Shown here piece by piece: positions 18,621-28,784 of a DNA stretch of 64,000 bases. The position numbers and the translations under genes are program-made. How positions within the stretch are numbered: position 1 is the first letter of the stretch; each line of letters begins with the position of its first letter. Source of the DNA: a virus (lineage: Duplodnaviria; Caudoviricetes); IMG/VR virus record IMGVR_UViG_3300028048_000099, positions 1 through 64,000 of that record. One strand, 5' to 3'. The notes beneath the pieces are model-generated. The model made no database searches, was not told the DNA's origin, and was given only the letters and a program-made list of their open reading frames with translations.

Positions 18621-20819
18621 TTAAAAATTATCTTTATGATAAAATCTTCTCTTTGCTTCTATCTGCCTAGGTTCGGCAAAAGAAGAAATCCGTTTTAGAT
18701 ACCCGATAACCCTTGTCAAATAGTCCAGGTTTGTGCTTCCGCAATGAGGACATTTGTCTAACGTGTGTTTTGAAATATATCCGCAATCGTTGCAAACTGT
18801 ATTTCTAACGTTGAATGTAAAATAATTACAGCCCTTGGCTGCCGCCGCGCTTAAAAGTTGACGATATTGTTCTTTGGACAAATGCTCTTGAAGATTACAA
18901 TGGAAAGCACTTCCGCCATCAAGAAATTTAACATATTCTTTTCCATGGAGCTCCATTTTCTGCAATACGCTTACCTGGTTATCCTCGGGGTTATAGAAAT
19001 ATGAACTGTAAAGGTTCCTGTTCGGACTTACCCAATAGCCATCTTTCTTGTCCCACTTGTAATTCTTCGCGGCAAGATTTTCCGAAGGCGTAAATTCAGT
19101 ATTAAACATGCATTCCTTGGTCTTGTCCTTGCGGTTCTCAATGTTGATGGTCTCAAGGATGTTGTTGACGAACTCCCTGTACTCCTCGTTGGGGCCGACC
19201 TTGAGACCGAGGAACTCCGCGGCGTCGGTTATGCCGTTGACACCCACGGTCAGGTACTGCTTCCTCATGTCAATGAAACCGGCGTTGTACACGTCAAGCA
19301 TCCCAGCCTTGAGGAAATCCTTTATCGTCTCGTTGAACGCCGTCTGGTACTTGTGAATCCTGTCGGTCTGCTCCCTCACGTCCTCGCGGATGTACTCGTA
19401 AAGCTTCTCCTTGTCATATTTGACACCGCACTCCGGGAGGCTCTTGCCGTCATCAAGTGTCGTGTCAAGCTCGTCAACAAAATATCTCCTGGCCGCGTTC
19501 TGTATGAGCCTGGGGAGGTTCATTGACATGACGGACTTGGAACCTGTTGATACAGATGCTGTTCCCATGGAATACTGGTGCGTGGTGTGGTTGTGGTCCT
19601 CGTCGGCGATGTCAAGGTCCTTCAGCGAGTTGCGGAGCCTGCAGCAGGACGAGAGGCTGTCCGGGCTGTCTGAGAGGTAGCAGAAGAAACTGTGCCCCTC
19701 AGCCCACATCTCGGCCGTGAAGTCGGCGTACTCCTTGTCAACGAAATCATTGCCGCCGTCGGTCAGGAGCGCCATGGTCTCGACAGGGAAAGTGAGGATA
19801 TACTTCTCGCGCTCCTTGTTGAACCATCTCATGAAATGCTTCTGAAGCCATGAGAGGGTCTCCCACTTGGGCTTGGTGCCGTCAGGGAACACGAAATCAC
19901 CGAACACGCCCTCAAAATAGGGCTTGTCAAAGTAGCTCACGTTCCAGAAGACGCTCTGGTAGCCCCGGTTTCCGGCCGGCATGTTCATTGAGTGCACGAC
20001 CTGCTGGAACGCGTTGTCAATGACCTTGACTATGCTCCTCTTCTTCACCGTGAGGTCAACGAGGTCGTCAAGATGGTCAATGTAGTCATCCCCGTAGTCC
20101 TTGCGGATGAAATAGTCCATGTACATCAGGAACTCCGGGGTGGCCACCGCGCCCATGAACTGGGACGAGATTGAGTAGACCAGGTTGATGAACTCGCCGC
20201 AGAAAGACTTCAGGTCGGTCGGGGCCGTGGATATGCCCCCAAGTCCCCTCAAACCGTTCTCAAGGAACGGGTACATCGTTATGGCCACGCAATAGGGATA
20301 ACCCGGGGTGCCGCTCTCGTCATGCTTGTAAAGGACGTGGCTTTTCAGGTCCTCAAGATACTGCTCCGCGAGCCTCTTTGAGTACATCTTGCGTATCTTG
20401 TCGCAGAGGATGTACCTGTTCTGCTTGATGTTGTTCTCCTTGTAGAGCTCCTGGCCGAGCGTCACTATGTTCTTGTTGGTGACATTGGCGTTGGCGTCAA
20501 ACTTGGAGCCCGTGGCCGCGTTTGAGGCCTCAATGTACTCCTTTATGAAATCCTGCTTCTTTCTCAGGTCCTTGTTGTCGTCATTGTTCTCTATGAACGC
20601 CTTCGCGACCTTCTTGTTGAGGGACATGAGGGCCTCCTCAACCTGCCTGCGTATCTCCGAGGTGGCGATTCCGTCATACACGAAAAGCCCGTTGACTATG
20701 TTCTCAAGAATCACGTCCTCACACTTCTCCCCAGTCGCCTTGTAGGCCTCGCAAATACCGTTCTTTATCTTCTCACGGCTGAACTCCTCACGGGCGCCGT
20801 CACTTTTTCTTACTTCCAT
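18621..20819 (-). CDS. nrdD: Class III (anaerobic) ribonucleoside-triphosphate reductase
   Basis: N-terminal ATP cone; PYCVAI; SSCCRL; CNDC/CPHC Zn ribbon; glycyl-radical motif TRVIGYL. Confidence 0.95.
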   Translation of the reverse strand: MEVRKSDGAREEFSREKIKNGICEAYKATGEKCEDVILENIVNGLFVYDGIATSEIRRQVEEALMSLNKKVAKAFIENNDDNKDLRKKQDFIKEYIEASNAATGSKFDANANVTNKNIVTLGQELYKENNIKQNRYILCDKIRKMYSKRLAEQYLEDLKSHVLYKHDESGTPGYPYCVAITMYPFLENGLRGLGGISTAPTDLKSFCGEFINLVYSISSQFMGAVATPEFLMYMDYFIRKDYGDDYIDHLDDLVDLTVKKRSIVKVIDNAFQQVVHSMNMPAGNRGYQSVFWNVSYFDKPYFEGVFGDFVFPDGTKPKWETLSWLQKHFMRWFNKEREKYILTFPVETMALLTDGGNDFVDKEYADFTAEMWAEGHSFFCYLSDSPDSLSSCCRLRNSLKDLDIADEDHNHTTHQYSMGTASVSTGSKSVMSMNLPRLIQNAARRYFVDELDTTLDDGKSLPECGVKYDKEKLYEYIREDVREQTDRIHKYQTAFNETIKDFLKAGMLDVYNAGFIDMRKQYLTVGVNGITDAAEFLGLKVGPNEEYREFVNNILETINIENRKDKTKECMFNTEFTPSENLAAKNYKWDKKDGYWVSPNRNLYSSYFYNPEDNQVSVLQKMELHGKEYVKFLDGGSAFHCNLQEHLSKEQYRQLLSAAAAKGCNYFTFNVRNTVCNDCGYISKHTLDKCPHCGSTNLDYLTRVIGYLKRISSFAEPRQIEAKRRFYHKDNF

Positions 20820-20985
20820 ATTTCAATATCTCCTTTATAGTTTTTTTCGTTTTTTTGGGCCGGTAATCATAAATATGACGGTCCCGGCTATTTAAAAAAC
20901 GGAAAAATCTTGCCGACACGGAAACGATTAAGTGTCAGCAAGAAAAATTTTTCAAAAATCCGAAGAATTTTCATGGTCTCCGGGA

Positions 20986-22560
20986 TTATTTCCGGAAACC
21001 GACCACATTGCTTTCCCCGTCATCGCTATCTGGTTGACCACTAACAATTTCGCCTGTCATACGGTCCACAACCCCGACACCCGGCACAGCCTCCTCTTTC
21101 CTGTTGACGGCGTCATACGCCCTCTTGAAAATCTCGTTCACGCCGTTCTTATAGTTCTGCACCTTGAGCTTCTCGGCCTCGTCCGTCCACTTCCTCTCGG
21201 AGTTGTCAAACTCCTCAACCTCGTCACAGGATATGGTGGAGGTGCCGTTGTCAAACCGTATGTTGTGGAACACCGTGCCTGACTTGCCGGACCTGTTCTT
21301 GAGCACGGCGAGTGTCGCGCGGCTGTTGTCAATGTCCTCAAGCGACCTGGCTATGGATATGACCACGTGGGCGGCCTGCACCTTGATGATTGAGCCTCCG
21401 GCCTGGTTCATCGTGACGACATCAGGGCTCGTGATACTGTCCTTGTTTCCCTGCGTGGGGACCCATATCGCGACATCAAGCTCCTTGGCGAGGTTCTCAA
21501 TCTTGCGTATCGTGTCCCCCTGCCGTTTCCACTCGGAATCGGTGCTGTAACCCGTCTTCTCGGCCAACAGGCACTCGAAGTAATCTATAATCACAAGGTC
21601 CGGCTTCCATCCGGTGTTTATCAGCCTCTTGATGAATATCCCTATGTCGGTCGCTGACTTGGTGTGGGCGAGGAAGGGCTTAAGCCTCAGGTTCTTCTTA
21701 ATCATGTCCTTGCCCGGATAGTTGTCAAGGGTCTCCCTTATCTCCGCTATCTGGGTCCTGTCCCTCGTGAGGTTCCTGGCCTCAATCTGCGTGATTTTGG
21801 AGAAATGCTTGCGCGCGATATCAACATCGTCATCCTCAAAGTAAATCTGCAGCACCTTGTATCCCTCATTATTGTTGAGGTCGCACTTGTATGTCGCGGC
21901 GTAGGACGCTATGCAGGTTGAGAACGTGCTCTTCCCGAAACCGGCCGAGCCGATTATGATACCGATTTTCCTTTTCTCAAGACCGCCGTTGAGGACGTCG
22001 TCAAGCTTGCTTATCCCCGTGGGAATGGGTACCTTGAAATCCTGGGATAGGGCCTTGTCCTCCAGGTCGTAGGGCGAGAATCCGAACTCGTCCTCGTTCC
22101 CGGCGAGGGAGGCGTCATCAAGAAGCTTCTGGCACTCGTCGTACCTGTCGATGTCACCCTTTCCCGCGATTTCAAGAATCTTGTTCGCCACCTTTATGAG
22201 GTTCTGCTGCTTGAAGAACTTCAGGGCGTTCTCCTTGACGAGCGTGTAACCCTCAAGGCTTGTCTTGAAATGGAGCTTCTCAATGAGGTCCGTCCATTCC
22301 TGCAGCTCGTTGTTGGTCTTGGCCCTGGTCTTGAGGGCTATCCCCATCGTCTCATACGAGGGGACCACGCTCTCCTTGAAATAATAGTCCTTAAGCGTGC
22401 CGACGAAAGTCCTCAAAAGGCTGTCAGTGAACGCGTTCTGGTCAACGATTGTGGATATCTCCGAGAAAAAATGGGGCTCCTCCATAAAGCACTTGGCCAG
22501 CTTGTATTGGAAATCAATATCAAGATAGCCGAGCGTACTTTTGTCTATAGCTTTTCCCAT
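20986..22560 (-). CDS. Replicative DnaB / gp41-like helicase
   Basis: IPTGISKLDDVLNGGL; Walker A GSAGFGKS; VIIDYFE; PTQGN; LKNRSG. Confidence 0.9.
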   Translation of the reverse strand: MGKAIDKSTLGYLDIDFQYKLAKCFMEEPHFFSEISTIVDQNAFTDSLLRTFVGTLKDYYFKESVVPSYETMGIALKTRAKTNNELQEWTDLIEKLHFKTSLEGYTLVKENALKFFKQQNLIKVANKILEIAGKGDIDRYDECQKLLDDASLAGNEDEFGFSPYDLEDKALSQDFKVPIPTGISKLDDVLNGGLEKRKIGIIIGSAGFGKSTFSTCIASYAATYKCDLNNNEGYKVLQIYFEDDDVDIARKHFSKITQIEARNLTRDRTQIAEIRETLDNYPGKDMIKKNLRLKPFLAHTKSATDIGIFIKRLINTGWKPDLVIIDYFECLLAEKTGYSTDSEWKRQGDTIRKIENLAKELDVAIWVPTQGNKDSITSPDVVTMNQAGGSIIKVQAAHVVISIARSLEDIDNSRATLAVLKNRSGKSGTVFHNIRFDNGTSTISCDEVEEFDNSERKWTDEAEKLKVQNYKNGVNEIFKRAYDAVNRKEEAVPGVGVVDRMTGEIVSGQPDSDDGESNVVGFRK

Positions 22561-22572
22561 GTCCTTTTCCCG

Positions 22573-23343
22573 TTAAACGAATTTCTTTACCGCCGTCTTG
22601 TTGTTATAGATGAAACACTCACCGGACTTCTCGTCCCTGTACTCGTTGGTGAGGGTGTAGAACTTGTCGTCGCTCTCGCTGCAGGTGTAGCAAATCTCCT
22701 TCACGAGTTTCCACACGAGGTCGCTGCGCCCCTCAACGAGTTTGTAAAGTATGTACTGCTCAAAACCGACGCGGTACACCTCCTCGGGAGAGAGACGTCC
22801 CCTCCTCTCTGAGAGGTCAATGGAGTTACGCACAAAGCGGGGATACACGCCGACCCACGTGGTGGAGCAGACCTCGCGCCCGTAATCCAGGAACGCGAAC
22901 TTATAGGTCACGTAATCGTCGTCGGTGAGCGGCTCGGAGAATTCCCCGTCCTCAAATTTGAAATCAAGGGGGATGAGCCTGTCAACCCCGTTCCACGCGA
23001 AGTCATTCTCCTTCTCCTCGCGGATTACGACACCCTCGCCGCGGACAAGACCCTTGCGGTTGTACTCAACGGAGATGTACTTGTTGAAATCCTCCATGGT
23101 GTTGAAAATCCTGGGGGCGAAAATCTCCAGATAAACCTGGGTTTTTGATTTCAGGTCGTTGTCAATCATCTCGGCGCACGCCCTGATTGTCTCGGTAAGC
23201 TCGTTTGACTTGAGGGAAAGGGGATTGAAATTACCAATCCTGAAATAACGTTGGCAAATTATGTCATCGCCGACGGTTAACCTGAACTCAAACCTCTCCT
23301 TGTAAGCGAGAGCCTGCTCAAACTGTTTCTTCACTTCTGCCAT
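22573..23343 (-). CDS. Hypothetical protein (replication block)
   Basis: 256-aa ORF with core codon style; promoter-like TTG-N20-TATATTAA at 23406-23436. Confidence 0.75.
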   Translation of the reverse strand: MAEVKKQFEQALAYKERFEFRLTVGDDIICQRYFRIGNFNPLSLKSNELTETIRACAEMIDNDLKSKTQVYLEIFAPRIFNTMEDFNKYISVEYNRKGLVRGEGVVIREEKENDFAWNGVDRLIPLDFKFEDGEFSEPLTDDDYVTYKFAFLDYGREVCSTTWVGVYPRFVRNSIDLSERRGRLSPEEVYRVGFEQYILYKLVEGRSDLVWKLVKEICYTCSESDDKFYTLTNEYRDEKSGECFIYNNKTAVKKFV

Positions 23344-23438
23344 TCTTGCAAAAAATTAAAAGGGTTAAACAAAAAAACTATATAAAATGTGTGTGTTTCG
23401 TATTCTTAATATACAAAAATGTTTTCCGGAACACAACT

Positions 23439-24623
23439 TTATTTCGGGAATTCTTTCTTGTATCTCCTCACCTCCTTGTCAACGAGAGGCTTGTAGGGCT
23501 CAAAAAAGAAGGAGAACCTGTCCGTGTCGGAAAGCTCGTCAATCCCGTCCTCCAGCATATATGAGTAAAGGTTCTCAAACGACCTTCCCTCCGGGTCCTG
23601 GACGTTGTGCATCATGCCCGAGAGTTCCTCCTCCGCCTCCGGGGTGAGAAGCGGACGCTCCAGATTGATTATCCTCTCGTTTATCTCGTAGAAGTCCCCG
23701 GGATACTCTGTCCTGGACACGCCGTTGACAATATTCTCGTGCCATTTCAGGGGTTTTTTCTTCTGGCTGACACGCTCCTCCACTTTTTCCTTGGCCCGCT
23801 CCCTGACTTCATTTATTGTCACGGGGCGGGTGAGAATCTCGGGCATAAGCTCCGTCAGCCTCGTCTCGGAAACACCGTCAATGTTCCCGATGTTATCGGA
23901 CTTGTCGCCGCAGAAAACCTTCCTCAGCACGACGTTCTGGTAAGGGAAACCTTTCAGCCTGATGAAGTTCTCGCTTGAGTAGAATTTTTTCTTGATGTTG
24001 TTGTAGACACAGACCGAATCGCTGATTAACTGGGTGAGGTCCTCGTCCGCGCTCATTATCACCACCTTCTCGTTGGGGAGCTTGTGATGGACATAATAAG
24101 ATATGAGGTCGTCACCCTCGGTCTTCTCGTCAATCATCCACCTTATGTACAACTCGTTGAAATACTTGCACAGGAGGTCACGCTCACGGTCAAAATTCTC
24201 CTTGACGGTTCTCTCCTCCGGGGTCAGCTCCCTCACCGGCTTCTCCCTCTTCTTGTAGAGGTGGTTCCGCATACGCTCAAGGTAGGCGTTGTATTCCTTC
24301 ATGTATTCGCTCAGGTTGGAATGCTCGGCGTAATCCTTGTCCCGGTTGGCCTTGTACGGCGGATATATCTCGTAACGAAGGATTCCGGAGTCGTGCGCGT
24401 CAAAAAAGACGTATACGTAATCAAACTCCTTCTTCTGCATAATCATTCGCAACTGAAGCAGGAACTGGAACACACCGCCATAGTGTATTCCATTGGTATT
24501 CACCCTATTGTCCTTAAATGACTGGCGGAGGAGCGAGCCACCGTCAACAAGCAACGTGTATATGGACTCAACGCCCGCCTCCGGGTGCGCCTCCTTTATC
24601 TGTTTTCTTACCGGTTGTCCCAT
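23439..24623 (-). CDS. 5'-3' exonuclease / RNase H (T4 rnh, FEN-like)
   Basis: LLVDG; VFFD; YPPYKANR; EGDDLI; SADEDLTQL; GDKSDNIGNIDGVSE. Confidence 0.9.
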   Translation of the reverse strand: MGQPVRKQIKEAHPEAGVESIYTLLVDGGSLLRQSFKDNRVNTNGIHYGGVFQFLLQLRMIMQKKEFDYVYVFFDAHDSGILRYEIYPPYKANRDKDYAEHSNLSEYMKEYNAYLERMRNHLYKKREKPVRELTPEERTVKENFDRERDLLCKYFNELYIRWMIDEKTEGDDLISYYVHHKLPNEKVVIMSADEDLTQLISDSVCVYNNIKKKFYSSENFIRLKGFPYQNVVLRKVFCGDKSDNIGNIDGVSETRLTELMPEILTRPVTINEVRERAKEKVEERVSQKKKPLKWHENIVNGVSRTEYPGDFYEINERIINLERPLLTPEAEEELSGMMHNVQDPEGRSFENLYSYMLEDGIDELSDTDRFSFFFEPYKPLVDKEVRRYKKEFPK

Positions 24624-24624
24624 A

Positions 24625-25431
24625 CTATCTCCATCCTTGTTTTATCTTATCCTGCTTTGCCTTAATTGCCGTGCGGCCGATTCTATGTAAGAAATTGTTT
24701 ATTTCCTTTTCAAGTCTTTTAACTGTTATTCCGAAACTATTAAAATACTCGGTAAATATATTTTTCATGCCATCATCTTTTTGTAATTCATGCAGTGTTT
24801 CTTTCATAAACACATATATTTCCCAAGCCTCACTTTTTTTAACCAGTTCTTCTGAATACGGCTCCATTGAATCCATTAAGAAAGCATAGAAACCATTATT
24901 AAACCCCTCCTGTTCCGATTTTAAAGTATAGTAAAATAACTTGCCGATTTTTTGACGATTTATATCTGCAGATATCATGTCATCCTTAATTTTTGCATAC
25001 AAAGAATCGCTTCCGAACCCTGTCCCCATTTTGATTTGCTGGTATATATGCTCTATCTCGTGTTGTATTGTTTCCATCGCGGCGGTTTTATTCAACGTTC
25101 CGCATACCGCATACACATTTATAAAGCACAAATACACATTGGATGATAAGCGGAAAGAACTTCCATCTGTTACATGCGGTTCTTCATATATTCTATTATA
25201 GTCCTTGGATAAAAAATTGCGATATGTGATGGAGCAGCTTAGTTTTACGTCATCAATAAAAAAGGTCATTGGGGCGGTTTTCTTAACCATGACTTCCGTT
25301 TTACTTGCGACGTCTGCATCCTTAAGGCTCTCTAACATTTGTTCAAAAAAAATCTCTGAGTATTTTCTAACAACATCAGAGATACCGTACTCTTCCTTAA
25401 TTATCTTTCTTAATTCTTCAATCAGCAACAT
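24625..25431 (-). CDS. Putative zincin metallopeptidase (HExxH), paralog A
   Basis: TIQHEIEHIYQ plus downstream SEQEG; AT-rich; clear paralog of 28785-29615. Confidence 0.65.
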   Translation of the reverse strand: MLLIEELRKIIKEEYGISDVVRKYSEIFFEQMLESLKDADVASKTEVMVKKTAPMTFFIDDVKLSCSITYRNFLSKDYNRIYEEPHVTDGSSFRLSSNVYLCFINVYAVCGTLNKTAAMETIQHEIEHIYQQIKMGTGFGSDSLYAKIKDDMISADINRQKIGKLFYYTLKSEQEGFNNGFYAFLMDSMEPYSEELVKKSEAWEIYVFMKETLHELQKDDGMKNIFTEYFNSFGITVKRLEKEINNFLHRIGRTAIKAKQDKIKQGWR

Positions 25432-25496
25432 AAACCGTCTTTAATATAATTAATTATACAAAAAATAAACGGGAAGAACAAATCCTCCCGTTCATC

Positions 25497-26633
25497 TTAT
25501 TCATCAAAGTTGTCCTCTTCCTCAAAGGAGACGTTCGTCACGTCGGCCGTCTTTATCTCATCCTTCCCGAGGGCGTCAGCCATCCTCGCCATAATCTCCG
25601 GGATGTACGCCTTCTTGTACGCGTCAAGCTCCTTCTCGCCGCAAAGCCCGTTATGCACGCAGCAGATTGTTCCAGCATATGTGACATTGAACGGTGTCGG
25701 CAACTGGTTCTTGGCGATTGAAATCTTGCTCACGACGCCATACTGGTAATCGTTCCCCTTATATGTCGCCTTCAGTCTCTTGGTGCCGGCCTTGGCCACG
25801 CCCCCGACATGAATGAGGAGCCTCATCGCGTAGAAGAACGACTTGCCGCCCTTGTTCTCAATGGAAGCCGCGCCGCCGACGGAGTTCATGGAGTCAAGCC
25901 AAATCTTGTTGACCACGAAGAACGTGTTCGTGTATTGCGAGTTCTGGGACCTTGACCCGGGGATTCTCGCGTTGATGATGTTGTTGAAAGCCACGGAAAG
26001 CGCTCCGGCGTCAAACATGTTGTTACCGGCCTTGCTCGTGTAAGACTTCCAGGAGCCGATACTGCCGACGGAGTCCCAGACGAACAGAAGCGGCATGGGA
26101 AGCTCACCGGCCTCCTGCTTGTCAATGAGGTCATTTATGATGTACGCGATGTCCTCAATGACGGCGACCGTCCTCTTCGTGGATTTCTTGGTCCCGGTTG
26201 AGTAGTCCATGTCACCGCAATAGTCGCATATCGCGGCGTTGTTGAACAGGATGAAGTTGCCCTCGTAATCAACGACGGTCTCCTCCCCGGTCTCCTCGTC
26301 CACCCCGTTGACCGGAGTCGCCTCCATCCCGCAGTCAATGGCGTACTTGAAATCGAAGTTGCCCTCGGTCTCAAAGATGATTGGCAGGATGCCCTGCTTC
26401 TGGGCCGCCGCGATGAGGCAGTTCTTAATGGTTGATTTGCCGGTGTCCGACCACCCGCGCACACCGCTCATGTAACCGGCGGGGATGCCGGGCAGGTGCA
26501 AGGCGTCCTGGAATGCCTTGGGCATGATAATCCATTCCATCGGCTTGTCGGCGACCGGGGCGCTTGAAATCTTCTTTTTGAAAGCCCCGATATCAAATTT
26601 CTTGATTTCCTTTTTCTTTAAGGGTTGTGCCAT
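25497..26633 (-). CDS. RecA/UvsX-like recombinase
   Basis: Walker A GWSDTGKS; FETEG; FVWDSVGS; VNKIW; GGKSFFY; KNQL. Confidence 0.88.
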   Translation of the reverse strand: MAQPLKKKEIKKFDIGAFKKKISSAPVADKPMEWIIMPKAFQDALHLPGIPAGYMSGVRGWSDTGKSTIKNCLIAAAQKQGILPIIFETEGNFDFKYAIDCGMEATPVNGVDEETGEETVVDYEGNFILFNNAAICDYCGDMDYSTGTKKSTKRTVAVIEDIAYIINDLIDKQEAGELPMPLLFVWDSVGSIGSWKSYTSKAGNNMFDAGALSVAFNNIINARIPGSRSQNSQYTNTFFVVNKIWLDSMNSVGGAASIENKGGKSFFYAMRLLIHVGGVAKAGTKRLKATYKGNDYQYGVVSKISIAKNQLPTPFNVTYAGTICCVHNGLCGEKELDAYKKAYIPEIMARMADALGKDEIKTADVTNVSFEEEDNFDE

Positions 26634-26638
26634 ATTAA
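26617..26638 (-). repeat. Direct repeat copy 1 (recA start region)
   Basis: TTAATATGGCACAACCCTTAAA; 21/22 identical to 27410-27431. Confidence 0.85.
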
Positions 26639-26655
26639 AAACAAATTTTATATTT

Positions 26656-27426
26656 TTATTTTATGTATTCTTGTTTAAACTCGCATACGACCTCTATTGC
26701 TTCTGGAGAAATATTATCATAGGTATATATACATTCATAAGCGTTCGGGTCATAGGAAAAGTTAACACCTTTGATTTGTTCCGTATCAATTCTAAGTAGT
26801 GTATATGACCCCTTATAAGCCGCTTTGTTCTGGTTTTTCACGTCCTCTAGATAAAATTGCTTCATTAATAGTAAACAATCATCTTTTTCTGGCTCGTGGA
26901 GAAAAAAATATACTCTACCAGGATAATTAAATTTCTTATTGTTTGTTTTTGGACATAGACCATTATGCAGAATCCTTTCCACCTTATTTGAAGGGGTTAA
27001 ATGGTAGATATATTCCTCGTCATTAACCAATTCATTAACCTTATTCTGGTGTCTTGGCTCATAAAACATATATATCATTTCTCCTTTAATCTCTTTCGCT
27101 GATGGAAAATAACCACACAGTGACATGTCTTTATCAACAACCTTTATGCCATCTTCATCATTGTATATACCAATTCTAAATACCTCCACGCCATTATCGT
27201 TTTCGTATCTATCAACATAAGCGTATTTACCGTATCGTTTCTTGAGATATTTTTCAACCTTTTCAGAAGGATATGTTTCAAAATATCCCTCCATTAAGGG
27301 ATTATTTTTTAACTCCTTCGGCATACTTAACGGATTGTCAAATGATTCTTTTAAATGAAAAATAATGCTATTTGTCATTTTTTTTAAATCTTCCTCCGTT
27401 AATTCATATTTTAACGGTTGTGCCAT
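26656..27426 (-). CDS. Putative ADP-ribosyltransferase (Tpt1/KptA-like NAD-binding fold), paralog A
   Basis: YIYHLTP...ILHNGLCPK...RVYFF...LLRID...DPN...DNISPEAI; AT-rich; paralog of 58837-59619. Confidence 0.65.
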   Translation of the reverse strand: MAQPLKYELTEEDLKKMTNSIIFHLKESFDNPLSMPKELKNNPLMEGYFETYPSEKVEKYLKKRYGKYAYVDRYENDNGVEVFRIGIYNDEDGIKVVDKDMSLCGYFPSAKEIKGEMIYMFYEPRHQNKVNELVNDEEYIYHLTPSNKVERILHNGLCPKTNNKKFNYPGRVYFFLHEPEKDDCLLLMKQFYLEDVKNQNKAAYKGSYTLLRIDTEQIKGVNFSYDPNAYECIYTYDNISPEAIEVVCEFKQEYIK

Positions 27427-27431
27427 ATTAA
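27410..27431 (-). repeat. Direct repeat copy 2 (ART gene start region)
   Basis: TTAATATGGCACAACCGTTAAA. Confidence 0.85.
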
Positions 27432-27440
27432 GTTTTCATA

Positions 27441-27722
27441 TTATCCTTTATTTTCTTTAAGTGTCTTAATTGCCTCTTCAACTTTCTCAGTTAAGGTTTC
27501 AATTCTTTTTCTTGCTTCTTCGTATTGTTCCTCAGTCAAAAGTACCGGATTTATACATTCAACTCTCGTTTCTGAATCACGCGTAGGAATAATCAACGTA
27601 TTGACGGAATCATCATATTGCATGTGATTGGCTACGTTTGCTAAAATTTCCGAAACAGTCTGGTCTTCAAGTCCGTGTACGCCAACATATACTACTATGA
27701 AAAGTTTGTCTTTGTCTAACAT
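27441..27722 (-). CDS. Hypothetical protein
   Basis: Likely start MLDKDKLF just after the upstream stop; RVECINPVL and coiled-coil C-terminus. Confidence 0.7.
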   Translation of the reverse strand: MLDKDKLFIVVYVGVHGLEDQTVSEILANVANHMQYDDSVNTLIIPTRDSETRVECINPVLLTEEQYEEARKRIETLTEKVEEAIKTLKENKG

Positions 27723-27723
27723 A

Positions 27724-27981
27724 CTACTCCTGTTTTTCAATATCTATGTTTACCTTGAATGTGCATTGCAATAACTTCATGGCTCTTTCAAGCGAATCCC
27801 TAAATTCTTTTGCGTCTTCATAACTTAAAAACGCTTTCGCCCTTCTGTTCACATTCACAAGTGTGGGTGAACTGTAACCACCGTTAACCAATGAATTCCA
27901 TGTTACCAGCCAAACCTGCGCGCCTTCAACCTCAACAGTTTCATCAACAGGTATCTGCTCTTTTTTCTTAAAAATCTCCAT
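27724..27981 (-). CDS. Hypothetical protein
   Basis: 85 aa, operon-packed. Confidence 0.65.
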   Translation of the reverse strand: MEIFKKKEQIPVDETVEVEGAQVWLVTWNSLVNGGYSSPTLVNVNRRAKAFLSYEDAKEFRDSLERAMKLLQCTFKVNIDIEKQE

Positions 27982-27986
27982 ATCAC

Positions 27987-28481
27987 TTAATTTTTTCCTG
28001 TACTTCCAAATCCACCGTCGCCCCTCTCTGTTTCGTCAAGCTCTTCAACCTCAACGAACTCAATCGGCACCGTAATTCCGATTTTCATCTGCGCCACCCT
28101 ATCCCCGGGTTCATACTTCGGCATATTCGGCATTAGGTGATAAAAATAAGCCCAATATTCACCCGTGTAAGGGCGGTCCCCGGTACCGACGGAATTGCAG
28201 AGTTCCATCCCGGTCTTGTAGATTGAGCTCCTTGGACGGAAATCAATAGACAAAATAGCTTTATGGTAAGCCTGCATCGGAAAAAACATTGAAATCTGGT
28301 TATCCGGTAAACTTATACCCTCATTTTCGTCAATCTGCAGGGCAAAACCGAGCGGATATCTATATACATTCGGCGCGACTTCCTCGCAGCCACACGCGTA
28401 GACATCATAACAGAAATCGTCATCGTGCGCCTTGGTCGGGAGTTTGGCGTTCTCCCTGAGTTTCTTAAATTTAACTCTCAT
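27987..28481 (-). CDS. dut: Trimeric dUTPase
   Basis: Start MRVKFKKL at 28481; CYDVYA; RPRSS; NSVGTGDRPYTGE; GDRVAQ; TERGDGGFGSTG. Confidence 0.93.
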   Translation of the reverse strand: MRVKFKKLRENAKLPTKAHDDDFCYDVYACGCEEVAPNVYRYPLGFALQIDENEGISLPDNQISMFFPMQAYHKAILSIDFRPRSSIYKTGMELCNSVGTGDRPYTGEYWAYFYHLMPNMPKYEPGDRVAQMKIGITVPIEFVEVEELDETERGDGGFGSTGKN

Positions 28482-28761
28482 CTTCTTCGTCCCCCTTAAA
28501 AACAAGACTCGTCCATGATTCGTATCTCTCTTCATTCTCACGGTAAAACAGCTCAACTTCTTCAACCTCGTCAGGAAGTTTCGTATACCCGAAGGTTTTA
28601 CCATGTTCCGGAGAAAAGCAGTCACATATAATTGGATAAACCGTTTCAAACTCCAAAGTGTACACAGGAATTTCTGAAATCTCCACTACCTTAAACACTT
28701 TCTTATCATCCGGTATCATAAACACGTCACCGACTTTCAAATCTTTTACATTAATCATCAT
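28471..28761 (-). CDS. Hypothetical protein
   Basis: VKDLKVGDVF N-terminus (SH3/KOW-like); operon-packed. Confidence 0.6.
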   Translation of the reverse strand: MMINVKDLKVGDVFMIPDDKKVFKVVEISEIPVYTLEFETVYPIICDCFSPEHGKTFGYTKLPDEVEEVELFYRENEERYESWTSLVFKGDEEDES

Positions 28762-28784
28762 AATCTTTTTCTGTTCTATACATC

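Noticed and set aside
18621-22560. Inteins or group I introns in nrdD or the helicase
   Set aside because: Both ORFs are continuous and of ordinary length, with no intein splice motifs noticed. The endonucleases are free-standing.
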